Both the position numbers and the translations under genes were made by a program. A stretch of DNA of 61,045 nucleotides, filler included, from Hausera hauseri (lineage: Eukaryota): assembly GCA_046269625.1 (NCBI GenBank). It is 11 parts of 11 records of this genome, joined end to end, with 100 filler letters (N's around TTAATTAATTAA, not from the genome) between each part and the next. Parts side by side here need not be neighbours in the genome. Positions count along the whole stretch, not along the records: positions 22,825 to 27,863 come from JBJURY010354376.1; positions 27,964 to 33,399 come from JBJURY010255959.1; positions 33,500 to 38,390 come from JBJURY010401479.1; 8 more parts are not named here. One strand, 5' to 3'. The notes under the pieces are model-generated. The model saw only the letters and a program-made list of their open reading frames with translations, made no database searches and had not been told where the DNA came from. Every line of letters starts with the position of its first letter. The first letter of the stretch is position 1. Positions 25,801 to 38,490 of the stretch are shown piece after piece.

Positions 25801-27863
25801 AAAAAGCAATGTGATAAGAAAGCTAAAACACATGATCTAGAAGAAGGAAATTGGGTTTATGCACATTATTCAGTAGCCAGGAAAGTCACATTCTTGAAAC
25901 TCACTCGAACTAGAAGAGGAGCCTATGAAGTTATTAGAACCACACCGATTACAGTTTACGTTAATAAAAATGGTAAAAAAGACTATCAATACAAAGAGTT
26001 GTTGAAATAGAAATAAAGCCGGAGAAATGTTATAATTTCCGTTCGAGTAGCGAAAATCAGAGTCGAGGCAGAAAAGGAACGAAAACTTCTTCAATAATTG
26101 TTAGACCGATATCCTAATGCAAATAATTCTTGCACTAACACTAATTGCCTCATATATACCAAAAGTAAAAACTCAATGGACATTGGACTTAGTAGACGAT
26201 ATTTATGGATTCCACCAACTAACTGAGAAGCAAAGCATGTACAAAGACGGAGAGATATACAAAATTTGAAATCACTAAGAGTCTACGATATGGATGGGAA
26301 CAAAACATGAGCTTGGTTTAAAGCAAGGGAACCCGTTAGAAACGACATTAAATTCCAAATATTGTTCACATACCAAGCCGACACTACAGTGAGAACATGT
26401 GACTTTCCTTATGGAGCCCAAGAAAATGTTGCAAATTAAATTTTAGATGGACATATACATACAAACTTCAAATGTTCTACTATAATATGCATGGAACTCA
26501 AGCCTACATAATTACAGAGTTCAGGATAAATATGCCTAAACGGAATGAAACAAATCAAGCAAAGACGAACGACATAATGCGGAATACTGACCCACTGAAG
26601 CGAATCTTAGATAATAACATAATCGGAATTTTTAAAGATATCAAAAAGAAGTGTATTCAAGTAAAAACCAAAGTAGAATTACCATGCGACAGACAAATTT
26701 CCAATCAATTTAATACCCATAAAAAATTAACTCCTTTAGTGAATTACTATTATATCGGACGTAACAAACCAAACCCGTGTTATAAGCTACCACTGGTTCA
26801 TGAATATAAAATAGAATTCGATCTATATAGTACCTACCCAAATGAACCAAATGTTTATCTAAAAAGGTATTATTCGGAATCCGAGTATGGGAAATTTCCC
26901 TTCCAATAACTACGAGAAACCATCTATTATTTCCAGTACAACTGTTTCTACTGATGCTGTCACTTTGAGTGAAACGCCCGAGTGAGAAATAGAAAGTATA
27001 CCTGTTAAAATTTTGACACACCACAGAAGAATTGTTTCTCGTCGAAGAGAAATTAAACTACGATATTAAAATTGAATGTCGCACTCTGTATACTAATTGA
27101 ATTGTAGTATTAAAAAAAGGTTAGTCAGGAAGCTGAGTGTAATTCATTACGTTCACAACACGACTATGTAATTAAAGTCACCGCAGAAAGTAAGACTTAA
27201 AACCTTCACATTACAAACTCTAAGCGAAATTCGAGTGATGCAATATGAAGATACCAAAAATACGAATACCAAAGAAAATATAATCGAGCTAAATAACTTA
27301 CGATAATATCTATTTTAGTGTGTCAACCTTCGTTCTCGTAATAATAACGGCGATAATTTTCTTAGCTTCCAAAAAGTGTAATAAGCGATAATAATCATCA
27401 AGGATATAAACGGGTAAAAGGGTACCAAGACGAGCTTTATGACAGAATAACCTGACAACTACAGATCGGTTTATCTTATCATCAGACAGAGAAAATGTTC
27501 TGTTTCAAAACGATGATATGTCTTAGGATTGACCGAAGTGGCAACAAGGACGGAAGAGATAAATACAGTCAGAGAATACACTAAAAATGGTCGACGGAGT
27601 TATCGGGAGGTGGTAGTGCACAAATTTGCCAAACCAAGACAGGAAAGAAGGTATTTCAAACTGCACAATACGCAGGCAAAGAGGATGATGAAATGCTGGT
27701 CATGCCAGAAAGATGCGTATACAAGCCGGATATGCAATCTCCAACAAGCACCAAGATGTTTTGGTTGTAAGAAAGAAGGACATATTAGCAGGAATTGTCC
27801 GGAAAGAAAACCCATAATATGCTATGCGTGCGGTCAACATAGGCACATAAGACGAAATTGCAT
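22825..27863 (+). mobile_element. Family A gypsy copy 3: glycoprotein TM/tail, protease, partial RT (internal deletion near 24760), integrase, downstream ORF, CCHC knuckles
   Basis: ILTAIITPFGKFLK...ALIDTGSD in one frame; integrase YYWP..C..C, QILTD, TTAYHPQCNGMVER; collinear with copies 1 and 2. Confidence 0.9.
27529..27863 (+). CDS. Gag nucleocapsid-like region with three CCHC-type zinc knuckles (first degenerate)
   Basis: CWSCQKDAYTSRIC, CFGCKKEGHISRNC, CYACGQHRHIRRNC. Confidence 0.85.
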
Positions 27864-27973
27864 NNNNNNNNNNNNNNNNNNNNNNNNNNNNNNNNNNNNN
27901 NNNNNNNTTAATTAATTAANNNNNNNNNNNNNNNNNNNNNNNNNNNNNNNNNNNNNNNNNNNNAAAAATAGTT

Positions 27974-28325
27974 GTGAAACAATCGATCGAATTCCCTTCC
28001 CTGCCGCTACTCGTCCAATTAGGCGATCTGTGGAGTTTCCATTCACAGACGGGGCGTTATCACGTTTTGCCTGAATCGGACGTTCATTGCATTAGTCTGG
28101 ACCCACTGAATAATTTTGCAATTATTATGGTCAGTGATGATCTGTGGAATATGATCAATGATCATCACTGTGCACAGTTACTCGCCATTTACGATCATCT
28201 CGTTGACCAAGAGAAAATTATTCCGGTGAATTATGCACCGGCTAATTTATTCGTCGATTACAATCTGTATCTGTACAGGTTACGCTATCTGAAGGCCGAT
28301 AACATAACCGTTCAGGGTATTCGTC
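27974..28325 (+). pseudogene. PPM1D: Captured PP2C phosphatase PPM1D/WIP1 C-terminal catalytic fragment
   Basis: LGDLWSF..PESDV..SLDP..IIMVSDDLWNMI..LKADNIT. Confidence 0.8.
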
Positions 28326-28999
28326 TGTCACCACCATATTTATGTGCACATGTCATCAGCGATGATTTGCCGTCGGATATCATTGCCAGCAATGTTTTGT
28401 CGAGTAAACTTAGTGATTGTACACTTTACTCGGAAACATTGTCATACTGTATGGATTTCCAATCTTACGTCGGATTGTCCCAAAATGGACACAGTTCTGA
28501 TGCTGATATTTTACAACAATTTGTCAGCTGCAATGACCGGTTTCATATTTCCGTTAGTACATGGACAGGTGATCATTGGGAACAATTGCAGTTGGCATTC
28601 ACCAATCAGGGTCTGTCTTGTTTGCCGACAATTTTCAGTAGGCTAGAGAACAGAAATAATGATGACATCAATGACAAACTGTTAGCATTTCCCTGGTGTT
28701 TGAGTTGCATCAGTTGTTTGCCATCTGTGAGTATGACCGATGAACTCAAATTGTTCCTTGTCAATCAAATTTCCTTTACTGAATTCTGGACGACATTTTA
28801 TCATACAACTGTCAAATACAGTCTGTTTATTGATGCCGACACCATAGTCTGTAATGGCACCATGCGTTCTATTCTCGTCCATAAACAATCCCTTGTACAG
28901 AATTTCCTTACCGGCTTGTCATCACATCGAATTGCACCATTCCGTCGACGGCCGACATCACCTTGTATCTCGTCTGTACATACTGTATTACAATCATTG

Positions 29000-29166
29000 A
29001 GAAAGTCGGTATCGGAGATTGTTGATCTACTTTTACGTTTGAGTATTCATATCGACGAGGAATTGAGAATCATGTCTCATCAGGCCCTTATAATTATCAT
29101 ACGAGAATGCCTGAATTGGCCATTTAAGACCGTTCAAACCTTTCTTAGTTTTATCCGTAAAGAAAC
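29000..29166 (+). pseudogene. FRY: Captured furry (FRY)-like fragment
   Basis: LLLRLSIHIDEELR..SHQAL..W...F..FIRKE resembles FRY HMDEELR..W..F..FIVRE. Confidence 0.6.
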
Positions 29167-30060
29167 ACCTCAAGCGCAAGGCTTATGGCGTGGTGTTATT
29201 TATTTCATAATAATATTCTTATTTATGCCCATTTCGAAGCGTAATTTAACGTCAACCAGTTCAGTGCAAATTGATTTTATTCAATATTTAGCACTTTTGC
29301 TTTCAATATGCTGTATGACTCTTTTTGGATTTGCGGATGATGTACTTGAATTAAAATGGCTACATAAATTGCTATTGCCGACAATCGCGTCGTTGCCTTT
29401 GTTAATTGTATACATAATTTCAAATGGGATGACTTACATTGTTGTACCGATGTTCTTTAGAACGTTTCTTGACAAAATTGTCAATATTGGTTGTCTCTAT
29501 TATAAATATGTGGCGACGTTGGCCGTTTGCTGTACGAATGCCATCAATATTTACGTTGGTATAAATGGAATTCAGGCTGGCCAGAGTTTGATTATTGCGG
29601 TTTCTATTTGCTGCATCAATTTTGTTGAATTTGTTACCGGTTCGTTTTGGCAGTATCATCTTTTCTCTGTTTTATATGATCTCGTACGTTTTCTGTTGTC
29701 TCGGACTTTTGAAATACAATTGGTATCCAGCGAAGGCGTTCGTCGATGTTGCATTTTCCTATTATTCCGGCATGACTTTTACCGTCGTTGGAATTCTAAG
29801 TCATTTCAGAAAAACACTTCTTTTCTTTATTCCTCAGTTCAAATTTTGTCTATTTTATTCCACAGTTGTTGCACTTTATTTTTTGTCCACGACATCGTCT
29901 TTCGAGATATCGTGCAACTGTTGATAAAGTTACTCAATCTGCATTGAAGTTTAAATCGGCTTCATTGGGAAAAATTGGTAAACTGTGTTTTTACGTTTTG
30001 AAGTATTTGAAACTCGTACAAATTCGTGAACTCGATGATGGCCACATAGAAATTAATAAA
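29167..30060 (+). pseudogene. DPAGT1: Captured DPAGT1 (GlcNAc-1-P transferase), N-truncated, intronless, frameshifted
   Basis: [73 protein letters not shown]. Confidence 0.92.
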
Positions 30061-30967
30061 ATGGTCCAGTCACCTTGTCAAATCTACAAAACCCAAAACC
30101 GAATCATCTATGGAATTTCATGAATCTGTAATGAGACGAGGTGGAATTAAGGCACATTATTTCAAAGTCGGCCAGACTTATTCTTCTAATCACAGCGAGT
30201 ATCTGATTAGAGTTTCTGACTATGGACAAAATTTGTTCTCTTCTGGCCATTGTCGACTTTCTTCAGTAAACATCAGTTATATGCGCAATAGATTCATTAA
30301 CCATAAGGAGTCCACAGATCGATAAGATTTTCATCTTAACACTGTGCGGAAATTTTAGTAAAATAGAAAACAATACTTTAATCTTTTTCGGTGGTAGATC
30401 TTTGCCCCTCCAACCAAACAACTGTACATTTCCGTTGCGTTTTACAGAGGAAATAAAATCACACAATTGGTTCCTGATATATAAAGAAATTCTTTTTGAA
30501 GCAGGCTTCTTCGTGCAGATTTTACGATGGCGATATGGTTGTGCTTGTTATTGGATTCACAAAATATTGCAGTTGTTTATCTATAAAGGCAGAATAACGA
30601 AAGGATTCCAACAAAATATTTCGGGATCCGTTTCAGATGGAATGTCAAGCCACAATTATCGGTCAGATTCTTCAACAACAACAGCAACCTTCTTGACTTC
30701 AAATGACCACGTCGAGATACCACATTGCCCGGTTTGCTGTCTATCATCACGGTTTCCTTCTACCTTTTTGTCAATAATACCTTAATACAGACCGTACACG
30801 TCACACAACGTACCGAGACATTACAATTATAAACCCTCATCCATAATATCACCGCCTTCAGGGATTTTTATCTGACTCACAAAGGTTTGATTCTAACTGA
30901 CCTCCCACACATCATGTCCTCACAACGCCTTCTCTGTATTCACATCCACCCTATAATCCGCGGCGGT

Positions 30968-33399
30968 ATGATTTCTTCAACAACCAGTGATATCACAAAT
31001 AAGGTGTCCACATAATCCAAATCCATTCTCTAGTATCCCAAATCAAACCATCCACCTACTTCAATCGACACTAATTTTTCTTTAGCAAAAGTCCTACAAT
31101 TATAGCCCCACATTGCTCTGAATACTTTATAGACAATGAAAATTCTAGAAAAATTTAGCTCCACTTTCATCAATTCTGGTTACAATCCAACGGTATTACA
31201 GACTCGTTATCCTAAGCCCATAATCTACTGTACCTTTTACCTAACTCCATAAAGGCCTCAATCCGTAACTTATTGGACATCTTTCAACACCCTGACCCTT
31301 ATACGAAATTGTTCAATGCTGTATTAAAACTGACAGAACCACCAATTGATTCGATAATACAAAGCTTCTTTAATGAAAATGCAATGGGGACACAAAAATC
31401 TAGTGATTTTCTACGTACCCATTACGTACGCATTACCCATTCAAATTAGGGCTTTACTTACCGTTGTTGAAGATTCTGCAGCCTTAGATAAGATAGCTGA
31501 ATTGGTCGATAAAGCACACGAAGTCTTACAAATCCAATCACAACCCATCATATTAGCCGCAATCACGACCGACGACAATCAATGACATTCATCTATCGAG
31601 CACAGATTGAACCAATTACGCACCGAAAATGCGACACTACAACATGCAATCAACACCATCAATGGTAAGCTGAATGACCTTTCCTTACATCGACGGAATG
31701 CTTTCTAGCCTCATCGAACGCGTTCTCTTTCCAGAAATCGATCACCATCACCAACGCAATCATTTATATGTTATTACCACAACAAATTTAATAACAAAGC
31801 AAATAAATGCTGTTTAGGGTGTAGATATTATTCGCCGAATCTACGCTCGGATAACATAGTTTGCATCTGCCATGAAAAATTTGGATCTAATGCTTAGAAT
31901 TGTATTTCCGGCTGTAACTATAAAACTAACAATAACTATACCACTGATAGACGTTCCGATTTTTCTAACAGTAACCATCCTAATTCACCAATCCAAAAAA
32001 CTGATTTCGCCGCTAGTATTCTCGGCAGATTTTGGAAAAGGCAACTTACTTAATTCATCTTGCCGACACACTTCATTTGCAGTCTTTACACTAAAGTTGA
32101 TATCTCTAATCCTAACATTCAATCCATAGAATTTCTCATCGATACTGGCGCAGCGATCTCACTACTACCACTTTCTTTTCTGGCTCAGCATTCTTCACCT
32201 CAAATAATACCTTTATACACCGCCTCCGGTCAATCTCTACATATTGCCGAAATTTGCAAATTATCTTTCACTCTATTGAAATTTTTCTCTTCATTCCATT
32301 GGACATTTACAGTCGCTAACGTCCAGACGGCAATATTTGGCTCCGATTTCTTTTTGCACTATAATTTGCTAGTTAATTGTAACCGACGCTGCCTAAAATC
32401 GAATACACCTGTAAACCATAGCACAAGAATAGACAACACCTCAACGACAACACAGTTAACAGCAAGTAGGAAATCTAATTTAAAACAGGCAGTACCTCAT
32501 TATAATTCCAATAACTATTACGTTTTACATCGTAAGCTTCCAAAGAACAATGTCGACAGTCAATCACAGATCAATGTCGATACCCACGATCCGGTATTTT
32601 CAATAAAATTATTGAACAACGACACCCACTCAAATACGGTTCCGGACCCGACCATCCTACTCCAAACCCCACCCGATTCCTCATCAACAACCAACCACAT
32701 TATACCAAGTACTGCTAGCAACATTGGTTCATCATCTCTAACAACATTTCAGCAACTACCCGCAAGTTTACAACAATTCATCCATACTTTTTGTCCTCGT
32801 ATAATTCAGAAAGATCGGAATTTCACCCCGAAAACGGCATTTACCACCATATAATTACATGACATCAAAGACCAATTCCAGAAAAGGTTTGTCCATTGTC
32901 ACCTCGTCGCAGGCAGGCAGTAGAGGCGGAATTTTTGGAACCCAAAAAAAGCAAGTATTGCGCGTAGACCTAAATCTCCATGGTCTTCGCCTCTCCATGT
33001 TGTCCAAAAAGGATGGATCCTTTCAACCATGCGGCGACTACCGCCAGCTTAAAACTTTAACCATAATGGGTGCATATGCACTACCATTAATCAAATACAT
33101 ATTACATTAGCTTAATACTACTTCAGTTTATTTAACAATTGATTTAGTTAAATCTTACTACCAAATTCCTGTCGCACCGGAAGACATAGATAAAACTACA
33201 GTTACCACACCTTCTGGTCTTTATGAGTATTGTATATGCCTTTCGGTCTCCGGAATGCCGCGCAGACTTCAGCGACACATCGACTCAATCCTTTTAGACT
33301 TCACTTTTGCGCATCCATATAATGACGATATCTTGGTTGCCTCTACTTCTGTTAAACAACACGAGGAACACCTACGATCTATCTTCAAACGACTTAACC
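30968..33399 (+). mobile_element. Family B gypsy gag-protease-RT (degenerate)
   Basis: LPIQIRALL..LDKIAELVDK gag region, C.YH.KF knuckle-like motif, FLIDTGAAISLLP protease, CGDYRQL and YNDD RT motifs. Confidence 0.9.
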
Positions 33400-33858
33400 N
33401 NNNNNNNNNNNNNNNNNNNNNNNNNNNNNNNNNNNNNNNNNNNTTAATTAATTAANNNNNNNNNNNNNNNNNNNNNNNNNNNNNNNNNNNNNNNNNNNNA
33501 AAATATCAGAATGTGATCATTTCTCTGGCTACAAGACAATAAATATTCGTACAACTCGAATTTCAAAGTGCCACTGCATGACCAAAATGATTCCTTGATC
33601 CAACAATTTATTTCTTCACCTAAATCAGTAATACGATTGATGTTCTGTCAAAAGGAAAATATCCATTGAATCCCTTAGACTATATGTACATGTGTATATA
33701 TGTGAATTTTTTATTAAATAAAGATTGTAAAAAAATCAATAAATAAGTTTAGACGTTATTTTCTTACTATTCATTGTGACTTTATCTATTCATTTTCTTT
33801 CTATTCATATTGGAATTTATACTATAAATATTGGAATTATAGCCAAACTTAACAAACA

Positions 33859-35225
33859 TCATTTGCAATGTACAAGTAAATTGTAGTGGGACAAAAAGTC
33901 TGAACCCAATATAGGTGTGTGTACATTAGTTATTGTAAATTTCAATGTGAATGTGTTTGTGAAGTGCGGGAGAGTGAATGTCAATGTGGTGACTCCAAAA
34001 ATTTGTAAAGGTTCACCGGACGCAGTGAATAGTTGCTTTTGTGAAATGTAAATGTTGAATGTGTTGTGTTGGTGGCAGTAGAGAGATTGCTGCACCGGTT
34101 ATCGCCTTTGCTAGGACTTGCCGTGTGTCCTAGCGGCGAAATTAGTTTGTTGGAGATGGTGAGTTTCTACTACTGTTTTGTGTGAGCTTATTAGTGTTGG
34201 TCTTATTGTGTGTGCTGTAGGTACAGCCAGGTTGGCATGTGTGCTTTTGCGCCAAATTTTGAGTGGTAGATGCAAACGATATTGCTTGTTTTAAAACCAG
34301 TGGAATAAAATTTATAACCGATGCAGCATTTCTGAGCATTTTTGCCAAATTTACTATGATAATAGCAAATAAATGAGCGCGTGGGCGACGGCGACCGTCT
34401 TTGAAGTTGATTAAATACATTAGGGGAAGCAGGTCTAGAAAAACCCCGTCGAGGTAGTGTTAATGCGTTTAGTTTGTCGTTGATGTTGTTGATTGTTTTT
34501 GCTATGTTTCATTTTCTATGCGTAATTGCGCAATTTGTTGCTGCAGCACTGCATTTTGTTGTTGTTGATCTGTTGTCAATGCTGCAGAGATAGTTGGTGC
34601 TGCATGTGAGGGCAGTACTTCGTATGCCTTGTCTGCCAGTTTGGCTAGCTTGTCAAGAGCTGTGGAGTCTTCGACCACGGTAAGCAAAGCTCTTATTTGA
34701 AGGGGCACTGCATTTAAAAAATAACGACGAAGAAGCTTGAGACTGTGTTCAGAGGTTAAGCCAAGGGCGTTGAGGTGAGACAAGGATGTGCGAAGGAATT
34801 CAGAAGGCTTCTAAAGGCTCATGGCGCTGTCGTTAAAGAAACTTTGAATGATTGAATCAATTGAAGGCTCAGTAAGCTTGAGAACGGCATTATAGAGTTG
34901 TTATACGGGTCAGCGTGCTGTGGGATATCGATTATATTAGTGATTTTAGTTTTGATGGAATCTAGTAAGTGGAAAAAGAGGCTTTTGGGTTTGGCTAAAG
35001 AGTCGAGGACGTTTTGCGATTGGAGCCAAAATTGGTGAATTTTTTAAGCAATTTGAGTAGAATTTTGGCTATCGAGAAAATATTCGGTGCAGAGTAAATG
35101 AGTGAGGAGGGTATGTTCTGTAGAAATGTTGGAAGCGCTGTGTTTGTGTAAGTGAATAATGGGGAATTGTTGTTTGGTGAGTTTGTCCGTGGTGCCAGTT
35201 GTGGGCGACGAATCCATGCCACCAT
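33859..35225 (-). mobile_element. Family B gypsy gag and partial protease (degenerate)
   Basis: VPLQIRALLTVVEDSTALDKLAKLADK and PILGSDFL; homologous to 30968-32400. Confidence 0.88.
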
Positions 35226-35699
35226 GGATACGGAAATGAATATAAAGACAGATGTTGGTTGAGGAAGATTGTAGAGTTCCAGCGAGGGGTACTAGAGATC
35301 CGTTGTGTGTAAGGTAAAAATCAGAGTGGAGTAGGGTAGAAATGAAAGTATAAATGGTCGCAGTGTGTAAGTGCAATGCGGTGTGTATATGGACATGTTT
35401 ATTATTTAAGAAAAAGAAGATAGAGAAGGGAGAGGTAATGTTCCTGGGGGCGTGTTGCGGAACTGAATCGAAAGGCGCCGTCTGACCCACTGGCGCAGGG
35501 TGGGCGGCTGGGACCTCAGCCTCGCAGCGGCGGGTTCCAAATTCCGGGATAACCGACCTCCCCACCTGTATTGTTTTTCCTTCGGTTACTGTGACATTTA
35601 TCCTCAAAAGTAACACACATTCCTTTATATTAATAATGGTAAGAAACATTACCTTTTTATTAATCCACCCAATATTCATCACAATCAAATTTGTACATC

Positions 35700-36309
35700 G
35701 TCTTTCGTCTGATTTGAAATCAAATCGCAATTTTTTTGGTCCAAGGAGTGATCTCTCTTTGTTAAGGTCATTCACTTTTTCCCTCAAAGCGTAATTGAGA
35801 ACGTGTGTAGCAGTGTGATTTTGCATTATAGCACTACGTCGAGTCCCATGAACATCCAAATTCACCAAATCTCCAATTCGAAGTATGCCCTGCTGCACAT
35901 GACCAATGTGTAACATGTATCCACTAAACAGTTGCACATTTGTCACCTCAAAGTCACCAGCAAAAGCGATCAAGTTGCCTAAATCTGCCACTTGTCCACC
36001 TTGTTCTGCATAGAAGTTTGTTGAATCAAGAACGACACCGACTAACTTCTCAACGTTGGTCACTTGCTCAAGGAATGCACTTTTTATTTTAATGGCAATA
36101 ACTTTTGCCTGACACGGATTAATTTCATATTGTCCTTTGTTGTCAAATGAATAAAAGCATTTTCTACTGTCGTATGTTGATCTCATTTCTTGAGTCAGAA
36201 GGAAATTTGTATCGTGGACCTCCAACTCCAATTTGTATACATTATCACCAACAACTTGGTCACCAGAACTGACGATCTTACGGATTTCTTGGAACATTTT
36301 CATTTCCAC
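35700..36309 (-). pseudogene. AARS1: Captured alanyl-tRNA synthetase fragment
   Basis: GVVLDSTNFYAEQGGQVADLG, NHTATHVLNYALR, KLRFDF. Confidence 0.92.
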
Positions 36310-36313
36310 GTCC

Positions 36314-37601
36314 TTAACATAAAATCCTCAATTCTGAGCAGACTTTTAGTATAACCAACAAGCCTCTAGCAAATGCTTCTACACCGTATGCAATACGGCC
36401 AGAGACAGTTTCACTGTATTTTAAAAATTCCAAATGTGCAGCTAATTCAAATGCACCAGCACTCGGAACAACGCATTTGTCTTCAATAGCATTTTTAACG
36501 GCCTTTAATCCATCATTAATATCATCATTGATTTGTGTTAAAGTATGTTTATTCGGTCCGGCATAACCAAAACAATCTGGTGCTAGTTCATCAACGCAAT
36601 TTACGGCATAACCACCACTGGCTAACGCCATTCGTTCCATGTTTCTTCGCTTAGCACATCGAAGAGCTAAAATTCCTTCTTTGGCAAGCATATCCAACGA
36701 CAAAGGATCAGTTTCTTTTTCGTTTATCACAACAAAATTATATTTGGAATCTCCTTGAGCTGCAGATTCATCACAAACCTGTCTCTTCAGAGCTATAATT
36801 TTTAAACTCGTTCGTCAATAAATTGTCTTTCGGCTTAAACTAACTTTTCTTGTTCAACTGCACTCTTGTAGAAAAAACTAATGTTTATTTCAGTTTTTTC
36901 ATATTACAGCGACACAATGCAAGTTAAGATAAATGCATTTTAACCCTCTTCGGCATGTCCGGATGACGACCTCCAAGGTCGAGTACTAATCCATTGATCA
37001 ATTTATTATCCATATCTCGTTTATGTTGCATTTGCATAATTTCCACACTATGAAGATCCAGTGCAGAATCTGGATCATAAACACTCAATACAGCGTCTAC
37101 GATATGATCGCTCAACATGTTAGCCAAATCGTAGTGCAATTTCGTCTTGACGGACGTTCCAGCGACGTTAACTAAAGTTTGACGATCGAGCTTTTCGATA
37201 TCTCAAAACGGTTTCGTTATTTTCATCCTTTCTGAGACTTCAAGTGCCTTCACTTTTGCAAGATCGAAACCTTCGGTAATTAATGAAGGACGAAGTGACT
37301 GCATATATAGTCCATCATACATTAATCCATCAGCCTGCTTCAATAATTCTGCGATCATCAATACGATGCTTGTCGTTCCATCACCGGTAATATCATCTTG
37401 AGCAGTTGAAACTCGAGCAATTAAACTAGCATCTTTGGTTAATTTAATATCTCCAGCTCCAGATACCAACATCTCTAAAGTTCCTTTCGGGCCCAAATGG
37501 CTCTTAAAACATCCGAAATGCCTTTATAAGCTGTAAGATTGATATTGATTCTGTGACTTCGCATATTCAGCTTTGGGATTTAATGCAGCTATTGACACCA
37601 T
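36314..37601 (-). pseudogene. CCT6: Intronless chaperonin CCT6 (TCP-1 zeta) copy with frameshifts and internal deletions
   Basis: [66 protein letters not shown]. Confidence 0.93.
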
Positions 37602-37626
37602 CGATGAGAAATCTAGAAGTTTTAAT

Positions 37627-37637
37627 TTCTGACACCA
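37627..37637 (-). promoter_or_regulatory. tRNA-Leu-type PBS (TGGTGTCAGAA), 25 nt upstream of the CCT6 ATG
   Basis: Minus strand reads ...ACA-AT-TGGTGTCAGAA, the same motif as at 20924. Confidence 0.65.
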
Positions 37638-37639
37638 AT

Positions 37640-38374
37640 TGTTGTGGTCCATTAAAACTGACATGTTAAAATAAATATCGGATTGAAGACAAGATTCCAA
37701 AATGGTAGTATCAAAAAAATCAAATTAAATATTGCAAAACGAAATTGTGTAATTTTTTAGAACAGAATACAAAAGTCAAAATGGCAGCAAAATGCACGTG
37801 TGTACAACAATTGTCATTGAAGTCATTATCAATTTCGCAGTGTTAGTGTTTCGTACAGTCCTTAGTAGACGTGAGGTATTCCAACACTGGGACCTGCAAG
37901 TGGTAGAGCAGAAACGTGGATATTAAAAGTAGATTATTGTACGAGATAATCGGTAGTCTTCGTCATTTTCTAATAATTGTAAGTTATGAATAGACGCACG
38001 TTGTATCGGAGTATTAAATTGAGACGTAAGACTTCTTAAAATTTCACTAACTCGATGGTTAACTAAACCATCGGATATTTCTGAGTGATCTTTACTTTTA
38101 ACTGACATTGGCTGAGAAAATCGCCGAAGCGAATTTGATTTCGAATGTGATTGATCGCATGTCTCGCAATTTTGCGGTATCATTTATTATCGATGCCAGC
38201 AGAACATGCAATTATAAAACAATAGTTTTGTAAAGACCATCTAACGGAATCTGAAAAGGAAATTATACTGAATGGAGGATCGGGGCCCGACTATGGGCAC
38301 GAGGTGGCGGCAACGGACGTCCGGCCGTGTCCAACCAAATGGGCCAGAAGGCGCCGGCCACTGTGGACACCACA
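37640..38374 (-). repeat. Putative family-B 5' LTR, 735 bp (TGTGGTGTCC...ACA)
   Basis: Conserved GC-rich start shared with 6957 and 18661; CA end followed by the PBS. Confidence 0.7.
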
Positions 38375-38490
38375 CATTGACTCTTACAAGNNNNNNNNNN
38401 NNNNNNNNNNNNNNNNNNNNNNNNNNNNNNNNNNTTAATTAATTAANNNNNNNNNNNNNNNNNNNNNNNNNNNNNNNNNNNNNNNNNNNN

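Noticed and set aside
35044-36309. 421-aa ORF as a real AARS gene
   Set aside because: Only the first ~200 aa are AARS; the rest reads through LTR-like/leader and off-frame gag DNA
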